NCBI GenBank assembly: GCA_028865305.1
Contig: JAGWKM010000002.1
Location: 3,236 to 67,235 of the forward strand
DNA length: 64,000 nucleotides
Reading direction: 5' to 3'
DNA from: Patescibacteria group bacterium
GTDB lineage: Bacteria > Patescibacteriota > Minisyncoccia > UBA6257 > 2-01-FULL-56-20
Positions 15,118-23,824 of this stretch are shown one piece after another. Under the pieces are notes generated by a model. It was not told the origin of the DNA. It made no database searches and saw only the letters and a program-made list of their open reading frames with translations. Position 1 is the first letter of the stretch. Every line of letters begins with the position of its first letter. A program made the position numbers and the translations under genes.

Positions 15118-15852
15118 TCAATAGTTTACGGGAGACGACGTGCTGGTTGAAGCATTTATCGTCCCAGGAAAACTCGATGAAGGAGCGCCAGTAGCAGACG
15201 AAGACGGGGAAGCGGCAGCCGGTGCTTGATAGATAATTTGTTCGGTGATATCCGTCTGGCCGCCCAGGAATTTGCGTGCGACGAGATCGAATGTGTTCAT
15301 GCCGTTTTGCAATAAGACGCTTTTTTGCCAGGTATGATCGCTTACATTGATGGTCACCGGGTCGCCGTTCAGGTAGAGGGCGTCGGCATTTTTCACGGTA
15401 CCTTCAAGCGTGACCATGCTCGAGGAGGCCGCGTAAGGATTTTGCGGAGGAAAAGTGATGGCAATAGCCGGTTTTCCCATGGAACGCGGGATCTGAACCG
15501 CGGCATAAATAAAAACCAGGACGGCGACGGCGCCGAGCATGATGAATTTCGCGGGGGATTTTTTCACGAAACGGTTGCGCGGCAAGGCATCGGCGGGACC
15601 GGAATTCTTCACAATCTGCTCCTTTTTTACCTCTTCCCACCACTCTTCCGCATCAAAATCAAGGACTTTCGAAAGCCGCACCAAATAGCCGTGGAAATAC
15701 GGCGCGGAAGGCATGCTCTCGAAATCACCGCGAGCCATGTTTTCGAGGTGCGCCTGCGAAATGCCCGTGAGATCGGCAAGTTTTTTAAGTGAAAGCCCCT
15801 TCTCCTTCACCCGCTCGCGAAAGAAGGTTTCGAAATTGAGTTGGTCGTCCAT
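15118..15852 (-). CDS. RodZ-like HTH (XRE-type) membrane protein
   Basis: LSLKKLADLTGISQAHLENMARGDF helix-turn-helix, followed by one TM and a Ser/Ala-rich tail. ATG at 15852 is preferred over the TTG-initiated ORF-track start at 15909. Confidence 0.7.
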   Translation of the reverse strand: MDDQLNFETFFRERVKEKGLSLKKLADLTGISQAHLENMARGDFESMPSAPYFHGYLVRLSKVLDFDAEEWWEEVKKEQIVKNSGPADALPRNRFVKKSPAKFIMLGAVAVLVFIYAAVQIPRSMGKPAIAITFPPQNPYAASSSMVTLEGTVKNADALYLNGDPVTINVSDHTWQKSVLLQNGMNTFDLVARKFLGGQTDITEQIIYQAPAAASPSSSATGAPSSSFPGTINASTSTSSPVNY

Positions 15853-16013
15853 GAAGTCAGCGGCAGGGAGCAAGCGACGGGGAACAAGAATATCATTCCG
15901 AGTCCGCAAGGAATCCTTGCTGCATTTCCCGCCTTCTATTTTACATTTAAAAACGAAATTTGCGCAGAGTTGACAAAAATAATTTGTGTGTTAATTTTTA
16001 TCGAGGAGGCTCT

Positions 16014-16217
16014 ATGCTCTTTTTGAAGTGTCTTTGGTCTTGGCTCATTGGAAACGGATGGATTCATATTTGCCCTAAATGCAAACTGAGGCGCATGGCA
16101 ATCCAGACGCGGGAATGGGAGGAACCGTATGGCGGGGGACACGATGGTATGCACGGCGTTTTCCATGGCGAATTATATTATCACTGTTCCAACTGCAACC
16201 ATGAAATAAAGTATTAG
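16014..16217 (+). CDS. small zinc-ribbon protein (CPKC...CSNC)
   Basis: GAGGAGG lies 4 nt before the ATG at 16014, inside ORF 15960..16217. Terminator follows. Confidence 0.55.
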   Translation: MLFLKCLWSWLIGNGWIHICPKCKLRRMAIQTREWEEPYGGGHDGMHGVFHGELYYHCSNCNHEIKY

Positions 16218-16234
16218 TGATGTATTTGCTCCCG

Positions 16235-16266
16235 CCCGCCACGCAAATGCCCGGCGGGATTTTTTA
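16235..16266 (+). terminator. rho-independent terminator
   Basis: CCCGCC...GGCGGG stem followed by ATTTTTT. Confidence 0.6.
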
Positions 16267-16549
16267 TCTTCAAACAAAAGAACCCATTGCTGGGCCTTTT
16301 GCGAATTTGAGCACGGCTACAACTCCGGTTCGACACCTATGTTTAGCAGTATAGGCGCAGAAAAAAAACTGTCAAGCCCGAAAAAAACGGATTTCAGGTG
16401 CGTGCGAATATGAACAGGTTGCATGGACACATACACATTCCCAAAAAACTTCCGGCAAATTGACAGCAATAAATTAAATTTTTATGCAAACATATTAAAG
16501 CACTAACGGAAATATGTAAGATCAAAAGAACCACTGATACAATGGTTTT

Positions 16550-16627
16550 GCGGTGGGTTCCGCACGGTTGCAAACCCTGGTTCGACACCTAGGGTTTGAG
16601 GGGTTCAACTCCCCCGGGATCCACCGC
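16550..16627 (+). ncRNA. candidate small structured RNA with T-arm-like hairpin (not a canonical tRNA)
   Basis: Extended -10 TGATACAAT (16535-16543) sits 7 nt upstream. Closing stem GCGGTGG/CCACCGC. Internal hairpins AAACCCTGG-ttcgaca-CCTAGGGTTT and GGGG-TTCAACT-CCCC. Confidence 0.35.
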
Positions 16628-16639
16628 CCGGCGGGGAAA

Positions 16640-18805
16640 TTACGACAGCCGCGCCTCTATCTTCTCCACATTCACGTCTCTCGGCTTCGCGCCTTCGCCG
16701 GGGCCGATGAATTCCTGCGATTCCATGATGTCGAGCAACCGGGCGGCGCGGGCGTAGCCGACTTTCAAACGGCGCTGGAGCAACGACGCCGAAGCTTTCT
16801 TCGCTTCCAAAACCACGGCAAGCGCCTCCTCAAGCAGGTCGTCATCATCGCCGTTCGGCTCATTATTTAAGAAATCCTCAAAGTTCTGCGGGCCGCTTTG
16901 CTGGTTGCCCGTTGCCGGCGGCTGGTTGCCGGCTCCGCCGAAATCAACTTTCTCCTCTTTTGCGGCCTCAATTTCCTCTTTATTATTTTCCCGGATGAAA
17001 TCCGTAACTTTCTTGATTTCCTCCTCGGTGATGAACGCGCCCTGGATGCGCTTCGGCTTCGAAAGCTCGGCGGAAAGGAACAGCAAATCGCCATGGCCGA
17101 GCAGTTTTTCGGCGCCGGGCGTATCTAAAATGGTGCGCGAATCGATCTGGCTTGCAACCTGCAAGGCGACGCGCGCCGGAATATTCGCTTTGATCAGGCC
17201 GGTGATAACTTCAACGGACGGGCGCTGGGTGGCAAGCAGCAGATGAATGCCGGTCGCGCGCGCCATCTGCGCCAGGCGGACAATCGAACCTTCGACTTCG
17301 CGGCCGAATGAGGACATCAAATCCGCCAACTCATCAATGGCGATCACGATAAACGGCAGCGGCTCGTTCCCGTGCGATGCGTTGTAGCTCTTAATGTCGC
17401 GGCTGCCGGCCTTCTGGAGTAATTCATACCGCCGCTCCATTTCGGAAATCGCCCAGCGGAACACGCCGGCGGCCTTTTTGTTTTCCGTGATGACCGGGCT
17501 CGCGAGATGCGGGATGCCGTCGTAAATGGAAAGTTCGACGCGCTTCGGATCGATCAGGATGAGCTTCAGCGTTTGCGGCGAATTCTTATAAAGGAGCGAC
17601 GTCAGGACCGAATGGACCAAAATCGATTTTCCGGAACCAGTCGCGCCTGCAACCAGCATATGCGGCATTTTCTCGATGCTCGCGAATACCGGCTCGCCGG
17701 AAACATCGCGGCCGAGGACAAATCCGAGCGGCCCGGATTTCTGGAAATCCGGATAGTTCATTAAACTGCCAAGCCGGACGAGCGCCGCCGCCTTGTTTGG
17801 CACTTCAATACCGACGAGCGATTTTCCGGGAATCGGCGCCTCGATGCGGATCGGATGCGCCGCGAGCGAAAGCGCGAGGTCGGGATTCAGCGCCGTGATG
17901 CGGGAAAGCTTTACCCCTTCCGCCGGTTTCAGGGTATAGCGCGTGACCGCCGGGCCGACATTGATCTCGCCCATCTCAACCGCGATGCCAAAGCTCTCGA
18001 GGGTACGCTTGATGATGTTCGCGTTCGCCAAAAGATCGCCGGTCGTCGGTTTCGAGCTCTCGGTCAATAAAAGTGAGAGGGGCGGCGGCGTATAGTCCGC
18101 GAAGGTCGCCGGCTTCAATTTCTTCGTCGGCCGGGCTTCAAAATCCGGCTCTGCGACATCCACTTCCTGCAATGGCCCTTTTTGCGGTTCCCTGCCTTTG
18201 TCGTCCCCTTTTTGCTTTTTGCTTATTGCTTTTTGCTGCCCCTCGTCCTCCTCTGCGCCCACCGCCTCGAACTCCTCTTTTTCCCCGTCGTCTTCTCCGC
18301 TTGGCCACTTGAACTTCAATGGCACATTCGCTGTGACGAGGACCGCAATCACCAAAACGAAACCGTTGATTATGATCGCAGCAATATTCCCAAAAGGCAC
18401 CCGCAAGGAACCGAGAACAAGCCCGAGCCAGCCGCCCTTGCCGGGCTTTGCGAGCTCAATCAAGGCCAAAACCGAAAGGATGAGCAGTCCGCCGCCAAGG
18501 AGCGTCATGCCCACAAACCGGCGTCGTTCGGCAAAAACGAAAACCACAGCCGCAAAAACGAGTGTTACCGGCAGGATGAAATAACCCCAGCCGAGCAGCG
18601 CATCAAGGCCCTGATAAATCAATGCTCCCGCCGGGCCGGCCTGCTCGAATCCCGCAAGCGCCAAAACCACCGCCACGCAGAAAAATACGATCGCCCAAAC
18701 GCTTTTTTTGGTGTCCGGATGCAGCCGCGGTTCGGATTGCTTCGCAACCGGCGCGGGAGCCATCCTCCCGCTCCCTTTTTTCTTTCCATTGCCGTTCCTG
18801 CTCAT
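16640..18805 (-). CDS. ftsK: DNA translocase FtsK/SpoIIIE
   Basis: N-terminal TM helices, motor domain with GATGSGKS, and a C-terminal gamma winged helix (LLQRRLKVGYARAARLLDIME). Confidence 0.95.
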   Translation of the reverse strand: MSRNGNGKKKGSGRMAPAPVAKQSEPRLHPDTKKSVWAIVFFCVAVVLALAGFEQAGPAGALIYQGLDALLGWGYFILPVTLVFAAVVFVFAERRRFVGMTLLGGGLLILSVLALIELAKPGKGGWLGLVLGSLRVPFGNIAAIIINGFVLVIAVLVTANVPLKFKWPSGEDDGEKEEFEAVGAEEDEGQQKAISKKQKGDDKGREPQKGPLQEVDVAEPDFEARPTKKLKPATFADYTPPPLSLLLTESSKPTTGDLLANANIIKRTLESFGIAVEMGEINVGPAVTRYTLKPAEGVKLSRITALNPDLALSLAAHPIRIEAPIPGKSLVGIEVPNKAAALVRLGSLMNYPDFQKSGPLGFVLGRDVSGEPVFASIEKMPHMLVAGATGSGKSILVHSVLTSLLYKNSPQTLKLILIDPKRVELSIYDGIPHLASPVITENKKAAGVFRWAISEMERRYELLQKAGSRDIKSYNASHGNEPLPFIVIAIDELADLMSSFGREVEGSIVRLAQMARATGIHLLLATQRPSVEVITGLIKANIPARVALQVASQIDSRTILDTPGAEKLLGHGDLLFLSAELSKPKRIQGAFITEEEIKKVTDFIRENNKEEIEAAKEEKVDFGGAGNQPPATGNQQSGPQNFEDFLNNEPNGDDDDLLEEALAVVLEAKKASASLLQRRLKVGYARAARLLDIMESQEFIGPGEGAKPRDVNVEKIEARLS

Positions 18806-18877
18806 AATAGCTTCATTTTAACACGGAAATAATTATCCAAAAGGCACAAATCAATATCTTTCTGTTAAAATTAAATC

Positions 18878-19681
18878 ATGCCAAAGAAAGCAGCTCCGAA
18901 AATCCGCCCGGCCTACCGCAATAAAGAGCTCATCGTCTTTGACCTTGATGGCACGTTGGCACCCAGCAAATCGATTGCCAGCAAGCCGATGATCCGGCTC
19001 ATCCTGAAATTGCTTGAAAAGAAAAAAATGGCAGTCATCGGCGGCGGTAAATATGAATTATTTCAACGACAGCTCACGGCGCAACTGCCGCATCACGATG
19101 GCCGCCTTCAAAACCTTTTCCTCTTCCCCACTACCTCGAATGCTTTTTACCGCTACCATGGCCAATGGCGGAACGTATACCAGCTCAAGCTGAGCAGAGC
19201 GGAAAAGAAACGCATCAAGAAAGAATTCGCAGCCGTACTCAAAGCCGTGCATTATACTCCGCCTAAAAAGATATACGGCGTCACACTCGAAGACCGAACC
19301 ACCCAGATGAGCTTTTCTCCGCTCGGCCAGGACATCGTGACCGCGCTCGGCAACAAAGGCATACGCTTAAAAGAACAATGGAACAGGGAGCATAATCCGC
19401 TCCGGCTGAAAATGGTGAAATTGCTTGCGCGGCGGCTCCCAGGCCTCGAAGTGCGCGCCGGCGGCCTTACTACGATTGATATCACCCGCAAGGGCATCGA
19501 TAAGGCCTACGGCGTCCGCCAGATCAAAAAAACCCTTAAAATCCCGATTTCCCGGATGCTGTTCGTTGGCGACGCGCTTTATAAAGGAGGCAACGACGCG
19601 GCCGTGAAAAAAACCGGCGTCGATTGGATGGCGGTAAAAAATCCGAAGGAAACCGAACAAATCATTCGACAATTGGTCTGA
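18878..19681 (+). CDS. HAD-IIB family hydrolase (PMM/Cof-like)
   Basis: FDLDGTL motif I and GDALYKGGNDAAV motif IV. Confidence 0.75.
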   Translation: MPKKAAPKIRPAYRNKELIVFDLDGTLAPSKSIASKPMIRLILKLLEKKKMAVIGGGKYELFQRQLTAQLPHHDGRLQNLFLFPTTSNAFYRYHGQWRNVYQLKLSRAEKKRIKKEFAAVLKAVHYTPPKKIYGVTLEDRTTQMSFSPLGQDIVTALGNKGIRLKEQWNREHNPLRLKMVKLLARRLPGLEVRAGGLTTIDITRKGIDKAYGVRQIKKTLKIPISRMLFVGDALYKGGNDAAVKKTGVDWMAVKNPKETEQIIRQLV

Positions 19682-19713
19682 TTTCTGGTAAATTCAGTTT
19701 GCCAATTTGCCAG

Positions 19714-19786
19714 GCCGATGTAGCTCAGCTGGTAGAGCAGGGCTTTCGTAAAGCCAAGGTCGCCGGTTCAAATCCGGCCATCGGCT
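19714..19786 (+). tRNA. tRNA-Thr (anticodon CGT)
   Basis: Acceptor GCCGATG/CATCGGC, D arm GCTC-AGCTGGTA-GAGC, anticodon loop TTCGTAA, T arm GCCGG-TTCAAAT-CCGGC. CCA not encoded. Confidence 0.9.
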
Positions 19787-19788
19787 CA

Positions 19789-19973
19789 GATCAAAAAATT
19801 CCACGCGAGCGGAAGTTTTTGATTGAGCAAGACGATGGACGGATTTGAACGAAAGGAGGGCCGGAGGGAACGCGACCGGGTTCCCTCCGTATAGGAAGGC
19901 TCCGGAAACCGTTGGTTTCCGGAGCGCAGGCCTGTCCACAGGGCCGAGCAGTTCAACTCCGGCCATCGGCTCA
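19789..19973. repeat. structured module bounded by inverted and direct copies of the tRNA-Thr 3' end
   Basis: tRNA 3' segment GGTTCAAATCCGGCCATCGGCTCA (19765-19788). Direct copy GTTCAACTCCGGCCATCGGCTCA at 19951-19973. Inverted copy at 19824-19850. Three internal GC hairpins at 19863-19888, 19899-19925 and 19929-19945. Confidence 0.85.
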
Positions 19974-20003
19974 GTTCCGCCTTCGTAATGATATAATCAT
20001 AAT

Positions 20004-20678
20004 ATGGATCGGTCCTTGAATAACGGATTCACGCTCATTGAGCTCCTGGTAGTTTTGGGAGTCATCGCTATCCTTGCCACCGTTGTTGTTATAGTTTTAA
20101 ATCCTCTCGAATTGATCGCCGAAGCTCGCGACGGCCAACGGCTTTCCGATATGACAACTATGAATAAGGCGATAGCGCTTTATCTCGCCGATGCCGCCAA
20201 TCCGCATTTAGGAACGCCCGGGTTCGCTTATTTAGATTTCATGATTCCACGAGGGCCCTGCTATGATATGGTAAGCACGAGCGGCGTGTGGAGTAATAGC
20301 ATCGACACATGTTCGGCGCAAGATTGGTTCCCTACAGCTACAGGGAGCAATGGACTTTGGGATACGCCCTCAAGCACGGCCATTAACGGCACCGGCTGGA
20401 TTCCCATTGATTTTGCCGATATCAATAGCGGATCTCCCATTGATTTTGAACGTCTTGACCCCGTCCATCAGGCAGGCACCTGCAATGGTGCGTGGAATAG
20501 CGTAAATCTCTCCCAGTGCGCTCTTTTCTACAGCTATATCACCGATGGTACCCATTTCAAGCTTGCTGCATTTATGGAAAGCAGAAAATATTCCAATGGC
20601 GGACCACACGATGTTGAATCAAATGATGGCGGCGTGAATCCTTATGTACTCGAAACCGGAAACGATCTTAATTTATAG
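20004..20678 (+). CDS. type IV pilin / pseudopilin (prepilin-type N-terminal methylation domain)
   Basis: Class III signal NNGFTLIELLVVLGVIAILATVVV. Confidence 0.9.
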   Translation: MDRSLNNGFTLIELLVVLGVIAILATVVVIVLNPLELIAEARDGQRLSDMTTMNKAIALYLADAANPHLGTPGFAYLDFMIPRGPCYDMVSTSGVWSNSIDTCSAQDWFPTATGSNGLWDTPSSTAINGTGWIPIDFADINSGSPIDFERLDPVHQAGTCNGAWNSVNLSQCALFYSYITDGTHFKLAAFMESRKYSNGGPHDVESNDGGVNPYVLETGNDLNL

Positions 20679-20720
20679 CGAGACCTAGACAAATAATCTT
20701 ATAAAATATATAATAAAAGC

Positions 20721-21227
20721 ATGAAAAATAAACTAATCTTTTCGGGGATCGTGGTCGGTTTGCTTGCCGCCACCCTTCCCGCACTCGCCGCCGTTCCGGG
20801 TGTCCAATTAGGCCACGGCGGCATTGGTCAAAAGGCCGGCGATACGACCGATTTCGGCGTAGCGATCTGCAATAATGGCGCCCAAACCGTTTCCGCGGTT
20901 CCCTTTGCGGTGACTCTCAATGGCAAGACTGTTGCGGCGACAGTAGACGGTCCTCTTTCAGCCAACTGCCAATACACGTACCTCACCTATAGCATCTTCG
21001 ACGTGACGGCCGGAAATACATATTCCGCAACGGTCGCCATTGATCCAAACCATATTCTCGGCACTGCAGCCGTAGCCGCACTGGCAACGTACACTATTAC
21101 TGTTCCCGTTGGCGGGCAGGTTCTCGGCGCAAGCGCAATCAGCGAATCCGAACGACAGAGCTTGCTTGCGCAGTTGGCCCAAATGACGGCTATCCTGCAA
21201 GGACTACTCGCCAAGCTGGGGTTGTAA
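20721..21227 (+). CDS. hypothetical secreted protein
   Basis: Signal peptide MKNKLIFSGIVVGLLAATLPALAA. Terminator follows. Confidence 0.7.
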   Translation: MKNKLIFSGIVVGLLAATLPALAAVPGVQLGHGGIGQKAGDTTDFGVAICNNGAQTVSAVPFAVTLNGKTVAATVDGPLSANCQYTYLTYSIFDVTAGNTYSATVAIDPNHILGTAAVAALATYTITVPVGGQVLGASAISESERQSLLAQLAQMTAILQGLLAKLGL

Positions 21228-21241
21228 TTGAAATTAAAATC

Positions 21242-21275
21242 AAAAAAACGCCCGCTTGAAAACGGGTGTTTTTTG
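21242..21275 (+). terminator. rho-independent terminator
   Basis: ACGCCCG-cttgaaaa-CGGGTGT followed by TTTTT. Confidence 0.75.
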
Positions 21276-21290
21276 CCGTAGAGTGGAAGT

Positions 21291-21488
21291 ATGGCGGAAC
21301 AATTCTCATTTGATTTTGAGAAAGGAGAAGAAAAGAAAAACACACCGACGGAGGAACCGCATGAATACCGCTTCGAGAATGAAGATGAGTGCCAATACTG
21401 CGGCGCGCCGTTCGAAAGCGAACGTTCGTGCAAATATTGCGCAAGCAACCCGACCAAAAAAGCGTTTTTGAAAAAACAGAAAAATTAA
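21291..21488 (+). CDS. hypothetical small zinc-ribbon-like protein (CxxC..CxxC)
   Basis: 65-aa ORF with CQYC and CKYC pairs. SD is weak. Confidence 0.45.
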   Translation: MAEQFSFDFEKGEEKKNTPTEEPHEYRFENEDECQYCGAPFESERSCKYCASNPTKKAFLKKQKN

Positions 21489-21526
21489 ACCTGGATCCGC
21501 GCCGATCCGGCGGGACGAAAATCAAA

Positions 21527-22568
21527 ATGAAGGAAATCGAAAATCTCGAACAGTTAGCAGTTGAAGCCCGCCGACTTGGCGGGCGGCTTTGACCTAGAGG
21601 CGAAACGGGGGCGGATTGAGGAACTTGAGGCGGAAATGGCCGCGCCGGCCTTTTGGCAGGATCGCGAAGCGGCGGATGTAAAAATCCGCGAACATGGCGA
21701 GCTTTCGGAACTGGTGAAGCAATATGCCGAGCTGCAGGATGGCCTTGCGACATTGGAACAGCAATACGATGAGAATAAATTCCACGAACTAAAGAAGCAG
21801 TTTCGGGAATTCGAACTTTCCCAGCTTTTCACGGGCCCCTACGACGCGCAGGCGGCGGTCTTGACCGTTTATCCGGGTGTTGGCGGCGAAGATGCTGAAG
21901 ATTGGGCGCGCATGCTCGGCGTGATGTATGAAAATTATGCGAAGCGGCGCGGATGGAAACTGCGCGTCGTGGACGATAATCCCCGCTCGCGCGCTGTCGA
22001 GATCCAAGGCGCGCATGCGTACGGCTATCTGAAAAAAGAATCCGGCGTGCACCGCCTGGTGCGGATATCGCCCTTCGACGCCAAAAAGGCGCGGCATACG
22101 TCATTCGCGCTCGTCGAAGTCATCCCTGATTTACCGCCGCTTGAAGAATCTAAACTGGAAATCCCCGAAAAAGATTTGAAATTTGAGTTCTCGCGAGCGG
22201 GCGGGCCCGGCGGGCAGAATGTCAATAAAGTGGAGACGGCGGTGCGGGTGATCCATTTGCCGACCGGATTGGCAGTCGGTTCGCGAACGCAGCGATCGCA
22301 GCAGCAAAACCGGGAATATGCGCTCAAATTGTTGAAAGCAAAGCTGTTTCAGCTGATGGAAAAGGAAAAAGTGGACGAAGTCAGTAAACTGCGCGCGAAA
22401 GTGAAGCCGGAGTGGGGCAACCAGATCCGGTCGTACGTGTTGAATCCTTACCAGATGGTGAAGGACCACCGGACGGAAGCGGAAACAGCGCGGGTGGACG
22501 AAGTTCTCATGGGCGATTTGGATATTTTTATCGAGGCGGAATTGGAAAATTTGTCATCCCGGGCTTGA
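21527..22568 (+). CDS. prfB: peptide chain release factor 2, requires +1 programmed frameshift at 21590
   Basis: Frame 0 from the ATG at 21527 encodes MKEIENLEQLAVEARRLGGRL and hits TGA at 21590-21592. The +1 frame continues DLEAKRGRIEELE... through SPF and GGQ motifs (ORF 21561..22568). Confidence 0.93.
21578..21593 (+). promoter_or_regulatory. RF2 +1 frameshift site (CTT TGA C with upstream SD-like GGCGGGCGG)
   Basis: Sequence ggcgggcgg ctt tga c. This is the classical autoregulatory recoding signal. Confidence 0.85.
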
Positions 22569-22614
22569 ACCGGAATCCAGAAATCGCGTGAATCAATTTT
22601 GGCCGAATAAAAAC

Positions 22615-22640
22615 GGCCTGGCGAAATAAATCACCAGGCC
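22615..22640 (-). terminator. terminator for 22649..23059
   Basis: GGCCTGG...CCAGGCC hairpin. On the minus strand it is followed by GTTTTTATT. Confidence 0.6.
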
Positions 22641-22648
22641 AAATGAAC

Positions 22649-23059
22649 TTACCACGGACGAGGATTTATACCTTCTCCTCCGCCGCAAACAAATGGCTGC
22701 AGCCGCTTTTCCCGAACCATGATGCGTTCGCGTATAATGTGCGCGAGCGCCCGCAGTTCGATGCCGGTGGCAGCATTATCATTCCATTCCATTTCATCCG
22801 CGTAAGATTCGAGTACAGTGGCGAGTCCTCTCGTCAACCGGGCCGGAGCTTCCCGTGAAAGCACAAAAAGAATATTGAACTTTAGAAGCTCAACCTCGTA
22901 CGGCGACTGGTCAATGCGAGCACCCATGTCGTCGAAAAAGGCCCTGATGAGCCTCTGTGTCGTTTTTGCAAGTTCGTCATGAAAAACCCGCCAGAGCTTT
23001 CTTCGTTCTGCGTGGGAAAATTTCGGGAGTTTCCGTGAATGCATAACTTCCTCGCCCAA
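22649..23059 (-). CDS. hypothetical protein (136 aa)
   Basis: GAGGAAG SD. Upstream TTGACC-N16-TATTAT on the minus strand. No family recognised. Confidence 0.6.
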   Translation of the reverse strand: MGEEVMHSRKLPKFSHAERRKLWRVFHDELAKTTQRLIRAFFDDMGARIDQSPYEVELLKFNILFVLSREAPARLTRGLATVLESYADEMEWNDNAATGIELRALAHIIRERIMVREKRLQPFVCGGGEGINPRPW

Positions 23060-23146
23060 CGATATGCTGACGATATAATAGCAAATACATTGACAAGGTC
23101 AAATTTATAATTCAATATTATGTACGGTATTTCAGAAAGATAGACA

Positions 23147-23380
23147 ATGCTCAAAATATGGCTGAAATGGCGGCTGCGGCGAAATACGGCAAAACTAGAG
23201 AGGGCATGCACCAGGCTTGAAATCCATGATGTACTCGCCCCTTGTCAACTCACCCGCGCGCCGCTCCACGACCAGGAATTATCCAAAGAGCGTCGCGAGC
23301 TCAACCGGCAGATAGATTTCCTGAATTGCAAAATAACAAAAATCAGGGAAGATCTCCGACGGTTGGGTGTTGTTCTTTAA
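23147..23380 (+). CDS. hypothetical small basic/coiled-coil protein
   Basis: 77-aa ORF followed by a terminator. No family recognised. Confidence 0.45.
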   Translation: MLKIWLKWRLRRNTAKLERACTRLEIHDVLAPCQLTRAPLHDQELSKERRELNRQIDFLNCKITKIREDLRRLGVVL

Positions 23381-23386
23381 ATCCTC

Positions 23387-23415
23387 ATGGCGGCCCGCCA
23401 CGGCGGCCATTTTTT
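23387..23415 (+). terminator. rho-independent terminator between convergent genes
   Basis: ATGGCGGCC-cgccac-GGCGGCCAT (one mismatch) followed by TTTTT. Confidence 0.65.
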
Positions 23416-23623
23416 ATACCAATCCAATCTTCTTTTCGAGCCGACCAATGCGGGTTTCGTGGTCGTCAACCGTAACACGCCAGTTTTTGACATCTCCCCT
23501 TAAATCCTCCATTTGCACTTCTAAATGGCTGATTCGCGATTCAACTTTATCAAACCTTTCATCCACTTTTTCAAAGCCATTATTCACCATCCGCGCTAAT
23601 TTTCCCAAGGTCATTTTCACCAT
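23414..23623 (-). CDS. hypothetical coiled-coil protein, short paralogue of 10014..10409
   Basis: 69 aa. Shares LARMVNNGF and RIGRLEKKIG-type segments and the whole 5' region with the 10-kb copy. Confidence 0.6.
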   Translation of the reverse strand: MVKMTLGKLARMVNNGFEKVDERFDKVESRISHLEVQMEDLRGDVKNWRVTVDDHETRIGRLEKKIGLV

Positions 23624-23629
23624 AATTCC

Positions 23630-23657
23630 AGTTTAAAAATTCATTTTTGAAAGTCAA
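23630..23657 (-). promoter_or_regulatory. sigma70-like promoter, leaderless geometry
   Basis: Minus strand: TTGACT-N16-TAAACT-N6-ATG(23623). Conserved upstream box ATTATGTAATCATTAAA at 23675-23691. Confidence 0.45.
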
Positions 23658-23773
23658 ATTTTATTTAATCTTTTTTTAATGATTACATAATCTCTGGATC
23701 CCGGGTCAATCCTCGGAATGACACAACGTCAAACTTGGTGTAGTATATGAATAAAGCGGAATTAAACCGCTTT

Positions 23774-23822
23774 TGTATTGATTGGTGATTGATTGGCTAA
23801 TCGCTAATCGCTAATCGCTCAT
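23774..23822 (+). repeat. heptad array immediately upstream of ftsE
   Basis: ...attggtg attgatt ggctaat cgctaat cgctaat cgctcat, ending 2 nt before the ATG at 23825. Confidence 0.75.
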
Positions 23823-23824
23823 TT

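Noticed and set aside
16550-16627. Calling this element, or 19838..19973, a tRNA gene
   Set aside because: There is no D arm. The putative anticodon stem is 9 bp with a pyrimidine at position 37. Extra nucleotides sit between the T stem and the acceptor strand. The 19.8-kb module is about 135 nt with three extra hairpins.
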